A stretch of DNA of 64,000 nucleotides, taken from contig JAHOYU010000077.1 of assembly GCA_019038625.1 (NCBI GenBank), positions 3,703 to 67,702 on the forward strand. Reading direction: 5' to 3'. The stretch's first letter is position 1. Each line of letters starts with the position of its first letter. This DNA is from Candidatus Latescibacterota bacterium (GTDB lineage Bacteria; Krumholzibacteriota; Krumholzibacteriia; Krumholzibacteriales; Krumholzibacteriaceae). Of this stretch, positions 56,852-64,000 are shown in pieces. A program made the translations under genes and the position numbers. The notes beneath the pieces were generated by a model. The model worked only from the letters and a program-made list of their open reading frames with translations, was not told where the DNA came from and did no database searches.

Positions 56852-57144
56852 AATCCGGCATCCTGTAGCCGGTATTGTACCGTCCGCAGTACATTATCCC
56901 GGTTGAAGTAGACCTCAGTCCTGAGTTCCATAATATCGTTGCGAAGTTTCAGGATATCGACTTGGTTTGCATCGGGCTGAAGAGAACCGCCACAGGAGAG
57001 AAGCGCAGCCCAGCCAACGAACACTCCGGCCAGAATCCAGACGCAGACAGCGGTGGTTATCAAGCCTGACTTTATATTGGCGGTCACAACAGCCTCCCAA
57101 GGAAGATACCCACCATAATGCAGACAACCCAGATTGCGGGCCAT
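56791..57144 (-). CDS. membrane protein (117 aa)
   Basis: LITTAVCVWILAGVFVGWAALLS transmembrane helix. Confidence 0.4.
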   Translation of the reverse strand: MARNLGCLHYGGYLPWEAVVTANIKSGLITTAVCVWILAGVFVGWAALLSCGGSLQPDANQVDILKLRNDIMELRTEVYFNRDNVLRTVQYRLQDAGFCLVAAESANQIRALFRKRR

Positions 57145-57278
57145 ATCCAGAACGGAACCCTTCTTACTTCTCGGTATTCTTTCACATCAACCTCCCTCTG
57201 GGGTTATTTGTAGTGCCTGTAACCATCACAAGCGCCGTTGTTGTGCATAGACCGTTAATCTACGCACCGCTAAATATG

Positions 57279-57338
57279 GCGATTATATACTTGACATACC
57301 CGCCGCAAAGGATGTATATTGGAAATAGACCTTTCAAG
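57279..57338 (+). promoter_or_regulatory. promoter, copy 2 of the repeated element (TTGACA 57291-57296, 18-nt spacer, TATATT 57315-57320)
   Basis: 57 of 60 nt identical to the reverse complement of 843-900. Confidence 0.5.
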
Positions 57339-57352
57339 CTACGGAGTATCAA

Positions 57353-57652
57353 ATGAATGACAGTGGCAAAAAAACCACCGAGAAAGAAACCAAGAAGGCC
57401 ATCCCCCCGGATAGATTTAAATATAGCCTCTTTTTTGTTTTTGGGATAGGCCAGGTTGCTATTACAATACTTCTTAGCAATGGGAATCTCTTGTTGGGCT
57501 ACATTGTCGCCGTGATTGTTATCGCCGGAGCAATTATCCTTTTCAATGGGCATGGTAACGCACTCCTAATAAAAGTAAAACAGGAAGCCGAAGATCGTTT
57601 AAGACAAATCCAATCCGAAAAGGACACTCTGCAAATTCGCTATAAGGTTTTT
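57353..57652 (+). pseudogene. truncated, diverged copy of the 232-837 membrane coiled-coil protein gene
   Basis: Protein and DNA similarity (for example caatccgaaaaggacactctgcaaattcgctat) runs to ...EKDTLQIRY and then is lost. The ORF continues as unrelated sequence to 57862. Confidence 0.5.
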
Positions 57653-57726
57653 TTACAAGTCCCAATCCAACCCATTTCATCACATGCCCTTACTGCAAGG
57701 GCGAAGGCTGTAAAGACTGTGAAAAT

Positions 57727-58011
57727 TCAGGATTGTTTTATGATCCCCGTAAGGATTTTGAATAATCTGTCTGCAACGCGCCAAGCGGCTGCATGTTCCA
57801 AATGTAGAATTAAATTGCCGTCTTCTCTGTCATCTGGTGCTTGTAAAACACCACAGGTATGATTTGTTCGATAGGCAACGAGTTCGCCCAATTGCCATGC
57901 CCGCGCATCACCCTCATTGTCATTATGTTCATCTTGTATCAGTTCACCGTTAGCCTTAACATGCTGGAATATCTCAATTACTTGCTCAATCTCGTTCTTC
58001 TTGCCTTTCAT
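57727..58011 (-). CDS. hypothetical protein (94 aa) inside the MITE-like element, driven by the inverted repeat copy at 58047-58064
   Basis: RBS GGGGGATAAAACGATG. Overlaps the 3' end of the truncated plus-strand ORF convergently. Confidence 0.4.
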   Translation of the reverse strand: MKGKKNEIEQVIEIFQHVKANGELIQDEHNDNEGDARAWQLGELVAYRTNHTCGVLQAPDDREDGNLILHLEHAAAWRVADRLFKILTGIIKQS

Positions 58012-58075
58012 CGTTTTATCCCCCTGTAGCGTTGAAGGCGAGGTACGTCAAGTATATAATCGCCATTAATTTTGA

Positions 58076-58492
58076 CTACTCCCCAAGGTGCGCCCTGATC
58101 TCTGCCTGCATCTTGGCCTTGCTGGTAGCGCCCTTGCTCAACTCGCAGCCAACTTCCACGGCCCTGGCCTTGAGTCTCTTGCCCGTTGTCTCTGTGGGAT
58201 CAACGTCTTCAGGCTGTACTTCTACCGGCTCCGCCTTCACCGCATAGATTTCAGCGGCGGCAAGCACAACCTCCACCGGCCAGCCGTTCAGGCGGTGATA
58301 CCGCGTTTCCCGGCCCTCTGCGAGTGTTGACCGCTCAACATGCAGACACTGCACGGCGTTGTCCATGAAAACCAGATGACAGAGTACGCCAGGGCACCCC
58401 ACGCGCTCAAACGAGGCATCGGGGGTCACGATATCACTATCGTGGAACGGCCTGAAGTCTACGGGTTCATCCAATCGCTTAAACATCTTCAA
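58076..58492 (-). CDS. hypothetical protein (138 aa)
   Basis: ORF only. Confidence 0.4.
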   Translation of the reverse strand: MKMFKRLDEPVDFRPFHDSDIVTPDASFERVGCPGVLCHLVFMDNAVQCLHVERSTLAEGRETRYHRLNGWPVEVVLAAAEIYAVKAEPVEVQPEDVDPTETTGKRLKARAVEVGCELSKGATSKAKMQAEIRAHLGE

Positions 58493-58516
58493 GCTCCTGT
58501 TAAGGTAATGGGTTAG

Positions 58517-58837
58517 TTAGGGCAGGGTATAGCCGAGCGTTGTGCTCTTACTGCGCGTATTGGCTATCTTTCGTATCCGACCATTAATACCAACCACGTG
58601 ATACTCCCGCCAGATTACGCCAGAGGTGGTTACAGTAGAACCCAGAGGCTTCACCTCGACCAACCGTCCGATAATCCTTTCGCTCTCACCAATGGGCCAG
58701 TTCTTTCCGCGATTGACCGCGTATAGCTTCCCGCTTCGGAGACCGGCAAAGAACGGCTGATGCATTACCTCATGCCCACTGCGTACCCTCGTTTCCCACC
58801 AGACACGCAAGCGCTGTAGCGGTATCGAGATTGTCAT
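58517..58837 (-). CDS. hypothetical protein (106 aa)
   Basis: ORF only. Confidence 0.4.
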   Translation of the reverse strand: MTISIPLQRLRVWWETRVRSGHEVMHQPFFAGLRSGKLYAVNRGKNWPIGESERIIGRLVEVKPLGSTVTTSGVIWREYHVVGINGRIRKIANTRSKSTTLGYTLP

Positions 58838-59097
58838 TTAATGCGCTCCCATTCCATATGAATCGTTCTGATTCTTTGGAGGGTAAGCTGGCAGTTGTCG
58901 CCCCATGTACCAACTGCTACCGGCTGCTCATTGGGATATATTGTATCACAAACGACAAGGCCGTACACTTTGCCGTTGGCTGTCGTGTCGCACGCCAGAT
59001 ACCTCTCTATCGAACGACTTGACAGCTTGGTGGTGGTGATAACGCACCACAATATAATTATGGCGACAATCGTTAATGGTACAACACAATTTTTCAT
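58834..59097 (-). CDS. small membrane-anchored or secreted protein (87 aa)
   Basis: N-terminal hydrophobic VVPLTIVAIIILWCVITTT. Confidence 0.4.
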   Translation of the reverse strand: MKNCVVPLTIVAIIILWCVITTTKLSSRSIERYLACDTTANGKVYGLVVCDTIYPNEQPVAVGTWGDNCQLTLQRIRTIHMEWERIK

Positions 59098-59137
59098 AAT
59101 CCCTCCAATGCTATATTATCGGCAATTATAAACTATT

Positions 59138-59178
59138 TGTCAATTGCCCTTGACATCCTGTAATAAATTGTTTATAGT
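59138..59178 (+). promoter_or_regulatory. sigma70 promoter (TTGACA, 17-nt spacer, TATAGT) with an overlapping palindrome TGTCAATTGCCCTTGACA (candidate operator)
   Basis: -35 at 59150-59155, -10 at 59173-59178. Divergent intergenic region between the minus-strand block and the plus-strand small genes. Confidence 0.5.
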
Positions 59179-59220
59179 AAGGGTAAGAAGTTCACTTTCA
59201 CTCCCGGCAGGAGGACGGCA

Positions 59221-59376
59221 ATGAGCACCAATAGAAATAAAACGCTTGATAAGCTTGCCAGAATAAGGAGCCTGCTGCTGCTTGTTTTAGCCAGCGGAGA
59301 TTCCGGTATCACAACGGATGAGGCATATAGGCTACAGGACTGTCGTGACACAATCGCACGGATAATCGGCAGCTAA
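59221..59376 (+). CDS. small protein (51 aa), possible regulator
   Basis: GGCAGGAGGACGGCAATG RBS. Below the ORF-track cutoff. Confidence 0.4.
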   Translation: MSTNRNKTLDKLARIRSLLLLVLASGDSGITTDEAYRLQDCRDTIARIIGS

Positions 59377-59445
59377 CCACCCCTGCCGGGCGGCGCTTGT
59401 ACAGGCCGCCCGGCTTTCTCTTCACCCTACGCCAAGGAGCAGCAA

Positions 59446-59577
59446 ATGAACAGCAACCAGCGCCCCGGCATCACGCTTTGCTTCCCCCCTGAAGAGCCGG
59501 TCGAAGAGCTTGACTTCTCTGACGCTGCCGAGTACAGGCGGGTGGACGCATTAGAACTCGACCCGGACGAGGATTAA
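59446..59577 (+). CDS. small acidic protein (43 aa)
   Basis: AAGGAG RBS 7 nt before ATG. Confidence 0.35.
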   Translation: MNSNQRPGITLCFPPEEPVEELDFSDAAEYRRVDALELDPDED

Positions 59578-59578
59578 C

Positions 59579-59809
59579 GTGGCCGCCTGTAAACATAAGC
59601 GCCAGAAGTTTCTTGGCATCCAGGACTTCGGGCCTGACCTCCCCAAGCTCCGGCTCTACAACTGCCTTGATTGCAAGACAACGCTGGCAAGGCCCACAAG
59701 GAGAAAAACTATCGTGCATTACCCTGACGCTCAATTCTTCTTCACAATTCTATCCTGGTTTGCTATGGCCCTCGCCGTAGGCTGGCTGATAGAAACGTTC
59801 CGCAAATGA
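59579..59809 (+). CDS. small protein with a CxxC...CxxC zinc finger and a C-terminal TM helix (76 aa)
   Basis: GTG start directly after the upstream stop. CKHKRQ...CLDCKTT and FFFTILSWFAMALAVGWLI. Confidence 0.4.
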   Translation: MAACKHKRQKFLGIQDFGPDLPKLRLYNCLDCKTTLARPTRRKTIVHYPDAQFFFTILSWFAMALAVGWLIETFRK

Positions 59810-59811
59810 TG

Positions 59812-59838
59812 GACGGCCCGCCCCGGCGGGCCTTTTTA
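59812..59838 (+). terminator. rho-independent terminator
   Basis: GGCCCGCC, loop CCGG, CGGGCC, followed by TTTTTATT. Confidence 0.6.
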
Positions 59839-60091
59839 TTGCTATCAACGACCCACTTGCCCTCGAAAAAGAATCGACTTGGCTTGTATAAAAGCCTTTC
59901 TCTGCGTCCACAATCAGCGCAGACTCTGACCGGGGTAACGGGGTGCGGCGAGGGGAGTTTATCGTATGGCCCCCAATTATGCCACCTGATTTTACACAAC
60001 AATGGCTTTTTTCTCTCCGTGTCCATATTTCCTCCTTACCCTACTATCTAAAGTTCACGATCTCCCCGCACAGAGCGGCTATGGAAGCCGT

Positions 60092-60721
60092 TTAAGGCCC
60101 GTCAGCGGAATTGTCGTTTAATAGCTCTATACTGCCCTTACCACGTATTTCTTCCAGTTTCTCGTCAGCCTCCTTCATCCTCTCGACCAAGTCTGAAGTT
60201 GTCCGGATTTCCCGCTTATCAACATACATGGCAAAGTAGCGGCCCAGGAGTTCCAAGCACTTCTCCTTCGAGATGAACGTTAGCTCCATCCGGCTTCTTG
60301 TGATGTCTGAGCCGTCTTTCTGTGATATTGTTGTCACGGTCTGCTTAATCGACTTAACAGCGCTCTTGGATTCCCTGCTGATCTCAGAGCTTGGCCTGAT
60401 CGTTACGTTACCCTCGCCATCCCAGATAGCAAAGTCCTCGATGTTGAACGTGGCTCCCCTGGCAAGTTCTTGCACAACGTCAGCGGCCTCGATGTGCATC
60501 TCTTTCATCTTGGCGGCGAGAATCATCTCTACTCTGGCGACTATAATAGGATTGGTTAGCAACTTGGAGGCTTCTACGCCAGCGGATTTACGAGCAAGGG
60601 CGGGCTTAAGATCAATGACAGACTGCCTGCCGTTGAATTGGTTAATAACGTACTGATGGCAGAACTGTTCCTGATAGGCGTTTAAGCCGTATTTGTTGAC
60701 TATGGATTTTTTACCCGCCAT
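60092..60721 (-). CDS. terS: terminase small subunit
   Basis: N-terminal ...YGLNAYQEQFCHQYVINQFNGRQSVIDLKPALARKSAGVEASKLLTNPIIVARVEMIL matches the phage TerS HTH pattern (L...QE.FC..Y...N...A...AGY...A..LL..P.I..RI). It lies 6 kb away from the large terminase gene on the same strand. Confidence 0.65.
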   Translation of the reverse strand: MAGKKSIVNKYGLNAYQEQFCHQYVINQFNGRQSVIDLKPALARKSAGVEASKLLTNPIIVARVEMILAAKMKEMHIEAADVVQELARGATFNIEDFAIWDGEGNVTIRPSSEISRESKSAVKSIKQTVTTISQKDGSDITRSRMELTFISKEKCLELLGRYFAMYVDKREIRTTSDLVERMKEADEKLEEIRGKGSIELLNDNSADGP

Positions 60722-60879
60722 CGTTAGTAATCCTCTTCGTCATCATCTACGAAATTGGAGATAGGCATCTTGTTAGTCTATTGCTAATTTGGTCAGCATC
60801 CGTGAGTTGTTGTTATCCATCTTTAAGTGTTTTATGTGCCTCTGATACGGCGCGCATAAAAATCTCAACGGGTTTGCTA

Positions 60880-61374
60880 TTATTGGTCTTCATCTCGCCC
60901 TCCTTTGGAGTACTTGTGTTCAACGATTAATCGGCTAATCTCTTTCTCGTCTTCTTCTTGATCGCTGGGTGGCTTTATTACTATGGCCAGTCTGTCGTGG
61001 CTATACAAATACGCTCTGGCGTACAACATTGCCGTTTCTCCCATCCCGTACTTTTCCCACTCCCCCTCGGAGAACCTCTCCCTGATAAATTGAGCACTCT
61101 TTTTGTCAAACACTGACACCACTAACCCCGGAGTCGCACAGGCCACAACATAAACCTTAAGGGACGAAACCATGTTAATTGCGCATTCTCCCATAGCGCG
61201 CTGCTGGGTAATTGCAAGCCGTAAAGCCCTTTCCCTTTTATGGGTTCTGATCACAAGCCCTACTATTATCAACGCCAGAACCACCACCACCCATTGTTGT
61301 TCCATTCTACCATCCTCCTTCAACGTGTTGTAGCTGTTTGCCCTTGAATGAGGCCACATAGGCAACGATATCAT
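60880..61374 (-). CDS. membrane protein (the start is probably the internal MEQQWVVVVLALIIVGLVI)
   Basis: Single TM helix, then a soluble domain. Confidence 0.4.
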   Translation of the reverse strand: MISLPMWPHSRANSYNTLKEDGRMEQQWVVVVLALIIVGLVIRTHKRERALRLAITQQRAMGECAINMVSSLKVYVVACATPGLVVSVFDKKSAQFIRERFSEGEWEKYGMGETAMLYARAYLYSHDRLAIVIKPPSDQEEDEKEISRLIVEHKYSKGGRDEDQ

Positions 61375-62200
61375 CCTTGGGTTGCTTGCTATCGAGTATT
61401 TGTTTCTTGAGCTTCCTGTTTACTTCCCTGATATTCACATGCCAGTGTTCAAGCCATGTGATATAGGCAAGTCGTTTCTGCTCTGGACTAATATCGTAGG
61501 GCCAGAGATCACAGAAGAGTTCGTAGTGGTATTCATACTCGTCAGATTTGTGTGCTTTGTTGGCAGCCCTTTCTATGTGTGAGATGAGGGGAATAACATT
61601 ATCATCCTCACCGATCTGTCGTGAGCCTTCAGGGTCACAAGGAGGCGAAGCCGATATGCTTTTGCCGTTTGTCTTTTTCTTTGAGGGTTTCTTTTTAGTC
61701 TTTAAGTCTTTTTCTTCTTCTACCTTCTTACTTCTCGCGCGAGGGGAATTAAGTAACTTCGTATCGACTTCTTTTTTACTTCGTAGTAGTGTCTGTGTGT
61801 AGTTATCACATAACTTGGCAAACTTAGGACAGTTAAGGGTTAAATGCCTTCCCTCTTCAGTTACAAAAAGACGGCCTTTTTTATCACAAAATTTTAAGAT
61901 TTTGAGTAAAAGTTGGCGAGAAAGTGCCGTTTTTTTGCGGAAAAAGGCGCAACTTATTGTCGTTTCCCCCGGAGAATCAACATCAAAGTTGTCTGCTATT
62001 ATCTCCATTGCCACAAAATATACCATGTAACCGTCACCGCCGAATAGTTCTATCAACTCGGAAATAAACGGGCTGTCCGCCGACTGTGATTTATGCTGGA
62101 ACCAAAGCAATTTTGTCTCCTTTAGAACGATTACAGCTACGACACGTCTGGCTTGTTCTTCCTGGACACGTTCCAATACGCCGTCTTGCAGTGAGGGCAC
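61307..62200 (-). CDS. hypothetical protein (297 aa) with a Lys-rich central linker; possible replication or regulatory protein
   Basis: N-terminal WFQHK...GGDGYMVYFVAMEI resembles replisome-organizer or DnaD-like N-terminal domains. This is weak. Confidence 0.35.
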   Translation of the reverse strand: MPSLQDGVLERVQEEQARRVVAVIVLKETKLLWFQHKSQSADSPFISELIELFGGDGYMVYFVAMEIIADNFDVDSPGETTISCAFFRKKTALSRQLLLKILKFCDKKGRLFVTEEGRHLTLNCPKFAKLCDNYTQTLLRSKKEVDTKLLNSPRARSKKVEEEKDLKTKKKPSKKKTNGKSISASPPCDPEGSRQIGEDDNVIPLISHIERAANKAHKSDEYEYHYELFCDLWPYDISPEQKRLAYITWLEHWHVNIREVNRKLKKQILDSKQPKDDIVAYVASFKGKQLQHVEGGW

Positions 62201-62394
62201 TGGCGCACATCTTCTTTCCTGCTATTCTAACCATGAACACCATTCATAGTGAATGGGGATAGGGACGGAGTAATTCTTTATCACTACCGGGAATCTCCCT
62301 GGCAACGTCCGCCTTGTGGACACAATTAACCCCTTGCGCTCAAGTGCATCCAATGTTGCAGGATCCAGAACGCCTCACGTTTAGCCTGGTTCAT

Positions 62395-62553
62395 TCATCA
62401 GCCTCCTTGTCGGCAAGAGTCTTGCTCGTTAGCTTTTCCCGTTCGTACTCAGACTTAAAAGATACGGTCGCAGCCGCTTCTGGGTTTGTCTTTGCCAAGT
62501 CTCTACGCATTTGATGCTGTGCCATAAGTATCTTATCGTGGTCGGCCATCACT
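62395..62553 (-). CDS. small hypothetical protein (52 aa)
   Basis: ATG overlapping the upstream stop (ATGGCCGACCACGATAAG...). Below the ORF-track cutoff. Confidence 0.3.
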
Positions 62554-63181
62554 CACTCCTTTCCAGCAGAGCGGCACGTCTGCATTTCCACACATCGGCT
62601 GAAGCCATATTAGAACCGTCCACGCTAAATATTTCATCGACTATAGTGAGTAAATACCGCACCTCTTGCGTTGGTGTCATTCCCCAAATATTCTTCTCTG
62701 CGCTCGGCCCGGCGGGCTGGCCCTTTGTAGTATATGTTGCCTCAAAAATATCCCTCTTGCAGGGGTACAATTCGCCTTTAATCCCTCGGATTAAAACGTC
62801 CTTGTCGGGATCATACTTATGAGTACCCTCAAGTGTATTAATCTCAAGGGGCGCTGACGGGACGGCAAATTCAACCTGCACGGGCCGCTTCACACACTTT
62901 AACCATTCAGCAGATTCTACGGCCTCACGAACCTCAGCTTCTCTTGCGGCCATGTAGTCGGAATATCCGTCACTCATTGTCATCCCCTTTAGGTAAGCGG
63001 CAACATCCCTCCTGTACCAGTTACACTCTTGGCGCATCAGCTCCCGCAGCAGGGCGTTGGCAAGGCGTTCAACCCCAGCCTCAAGCTCTTTGATGCGGGC
63101 ACGGCCAGCGAATAGCTCACAGTACGGACAACCTTCAAATATTACTCCATCGTACCTGCCATGCTTATCACATTTAGCCAT
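62549..63181 (-). CDS. hypothetical protein (210 aa) with an N-terminal zinc-ribbon (CDKHG...CPYC)
   Basis: ORF only. Confidence 0.45.
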   Translation of the reverse strand: MAKCDKHGRYDGVIFEGCPYCELFAGRARIKELEAGVERLANALLRELMRQECNWYRRDVAAYLKGMTMSDGYSDYMAAREAEVREAVESAEWLKCVKRPVQVEFAVPSAPLEINTLEGTHKYDPDKDVLIRGIKGELYPCKRDIFEATYTTKGQPAGPSAEKNIWGMTPTQEVRYLLTIVDEIFSVDGSNMASADVWKCRRAALLERSE

Positions 63182-63488
63182 CTTCGCCCTCCAGTTCTGC
63201 GGCAGCTAACTGTTGCGCTTTCTCCAGTACAAGCAATGGAACCATGCCCTTGAGGTTGGCTATCCCTTGAAGTGTAGCTCGTAGCCGTTCAACCTCTGCC
63301 AGCAGGTCAGGGGCGGCGGCGATGAGGCGGGCGTTAGCAACACTTTCTGTTGCCCCCGATACACAAGCCAATTCCTTGAATATTATCTCTCCTTTTGAGT
63401 AAGCATCAATAGCGTAGCTTCTGCCCAAACACATCTCAGCCTTCCACGGCCCTGGCGTGTGGCCCTCAAACTTTGTCAGGTCAATCAT
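63174..63488 (-). CDS. hypothetical protein (104 aa), paralog of 2428-2730
   Basis: MIDLTKFEGHTPGPW...AAAPDLLAEVERLR shared with the plus-strand gene at 2428. Confidence 0.5.
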   Translation of the reverse strand: MIDLTKFEGHTPGPWKAEMCLGRSYAIDAYSKGEIIFKELACVSGATESVANARLIAAAPDLLAEVERLRATLQGIANLKGMVPLLVLEKAQQLAAAELEGEDG

Positions 63489-63918
63489 CTTCGCCCTCCA
63501 ATCTGGACAACCTCTGCAATTTCCCTCTCGCCTTGACCAGCTTCAACTGATCGCGCTTGAGGATTTTCATCAAGACATCCAGTCGGTTCCAGTTCTTGGC
63601 CTCCAAGTTATACAGGATTAGTTGTTTGGCCTTTGCTACCCGCGCTCGGAGGGCAGCGACTTCAAGCCGCGCTTCAAGGTGGAGGGAGTCGATGTTCACC
63701 CGCGCCTTCACCTGCTCAGCCGTGGTGTCAGTTGCAGTATAGACACCAGCGTCAAGTACATCGTCGATTGGGGCGGCGCTCAGGCAGGCCGCGCAGGTCA
63801 TTGCAAGTAGTAGGTTAATCATTGGTTGCCTCCGTAAGTATCGGGCGACACTTCTTGATAATCTCGTTAGCCATCCGCCTGCCCTCACACCTTGCACATA
63901 GCCCACTTTCCGTTTCAA
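63481..63918 (-). CDS. exported or membrane-anchored coiled-coil protein (the start is probably the internal MINLLLAMTCAACLSAAP)
   Basis: Signal-peptide-like N-terminus, then a heptad-rich C-terminus. Confidence 0.4.
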   Translation of the reverse strand: MKRKVGYVQGVRAGGWLTRLSRSVARYLRRQPMINLLLAMTCAACLSAAPIDDVLDAGVYTATDTTAEQVKARVNIDSLHLEARLEVAALRARVAKAKQLILYNLEAKNWNRLDVLMKILKRDQLKLVKARGKLQRLSRLEGEDD

Positions 63919-64000
63919 CTTTCTTGCCGCACTTGCATCTATCTGAGTATGGGAGCCAATTATTCATCCCTCACCTTCCTTTCGGCCAGCCAGAGCAGGG

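Larger units (their letters stand above)
57279..58064. mobile_element. 786-bp MITE-like element bounded by imperfect 27-bp terminal inverted repeats (GGCGATTATATACTTGAC(A/G)TACC...)
   Basis: The left end at 57279 and the right end at 58064 (inverted) both match the boundary of the repeat at 843-900. The element carries a truncated copy of the membrane-protein gene plus a convergent 94-aa ORF. Confidence 0.5.

Noticed and set aside
57646-57766. Short frame encoding TCPYCKGEGCKDCENSGLFYDPRKDFE (zinc-ribbon-like) inside the truncated gene copy
   Set aside because: There is no start codon or RBS. It lies in the scrambled 3' portion of a pseudogene.
1-64000. Window being a circular genome joined at the ends, so that the transposase continues into 63919-64000
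   Set aside because: Reading across the junction gives ...SHIPL followed by PCSGWPKGR and a stop, not the continuation expected for an IS1595-family transposase, so the ends are not directly contiguous.
1-64000. CRISPR arrays or an integrase/attachment-site pair
   Set aside because: No spacer-repeat periodicity was seen anywhere. No tyrosine or serine recombinase motif was found in any ORF. The only att-like feature is the pair of tRNA fragments reported above.

Overview
The window is almost entirely a tailed-phage (Caudoviricetes) genome or prophage, and no integrase was found. All calls rest on reading motifs in the sequence and ORF track only; nothing was searched against databases. Coordinates I derived by hand may be off by about 1 nt, because around 18721 the displayed text and the ORF track disagree by one base. 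Where that matters I trusted the ORF track.

Layout:
- 1-16 kb, plus strand: early, recombination, replication and lysis genes. These include an SbcC-like ATPase, a YqaJ-like exonuclease, RecT, a DUF5131 protein, a DnaC-like loader, a DNA methyltransferase, a VRR-NUC nuclease and a holin-like protein. A small tRNA region with a strong terminator sits at about 1.98-2.24 kb.
- 16.1-54.2 kb, minus strand: the morphogenesis module. Reading in the direction of transcription it runs large terminase (with an intein), portal, scaffold-like protein, putative capsid protein, two beta-helix spike paralogs, many tail and internal-virion proteins, a 2178-aa giant protein with a ParB-like nuclease domain, tail fiber, and then a run of proteins with predicted N-terminal signal peptides.
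- 54.3-64 kb: a minus-strand island of small accessory genes, a 786-bp MITE-like element, a divergent promoter with a palindrome, the small terminase, and further small genes.
- The left edge holds the N-terminus of an IS1595-family transposase, co-oriented with a membrane-protein gene that has a truncated second copy at 57.3 kb.

The most interesting items are the giant ParB-domain protein, the post-fiber cassette of signal-peptide proteins, the IS/MITE-like repeats, the tRNA halves in permuted order, and the terminase intein.
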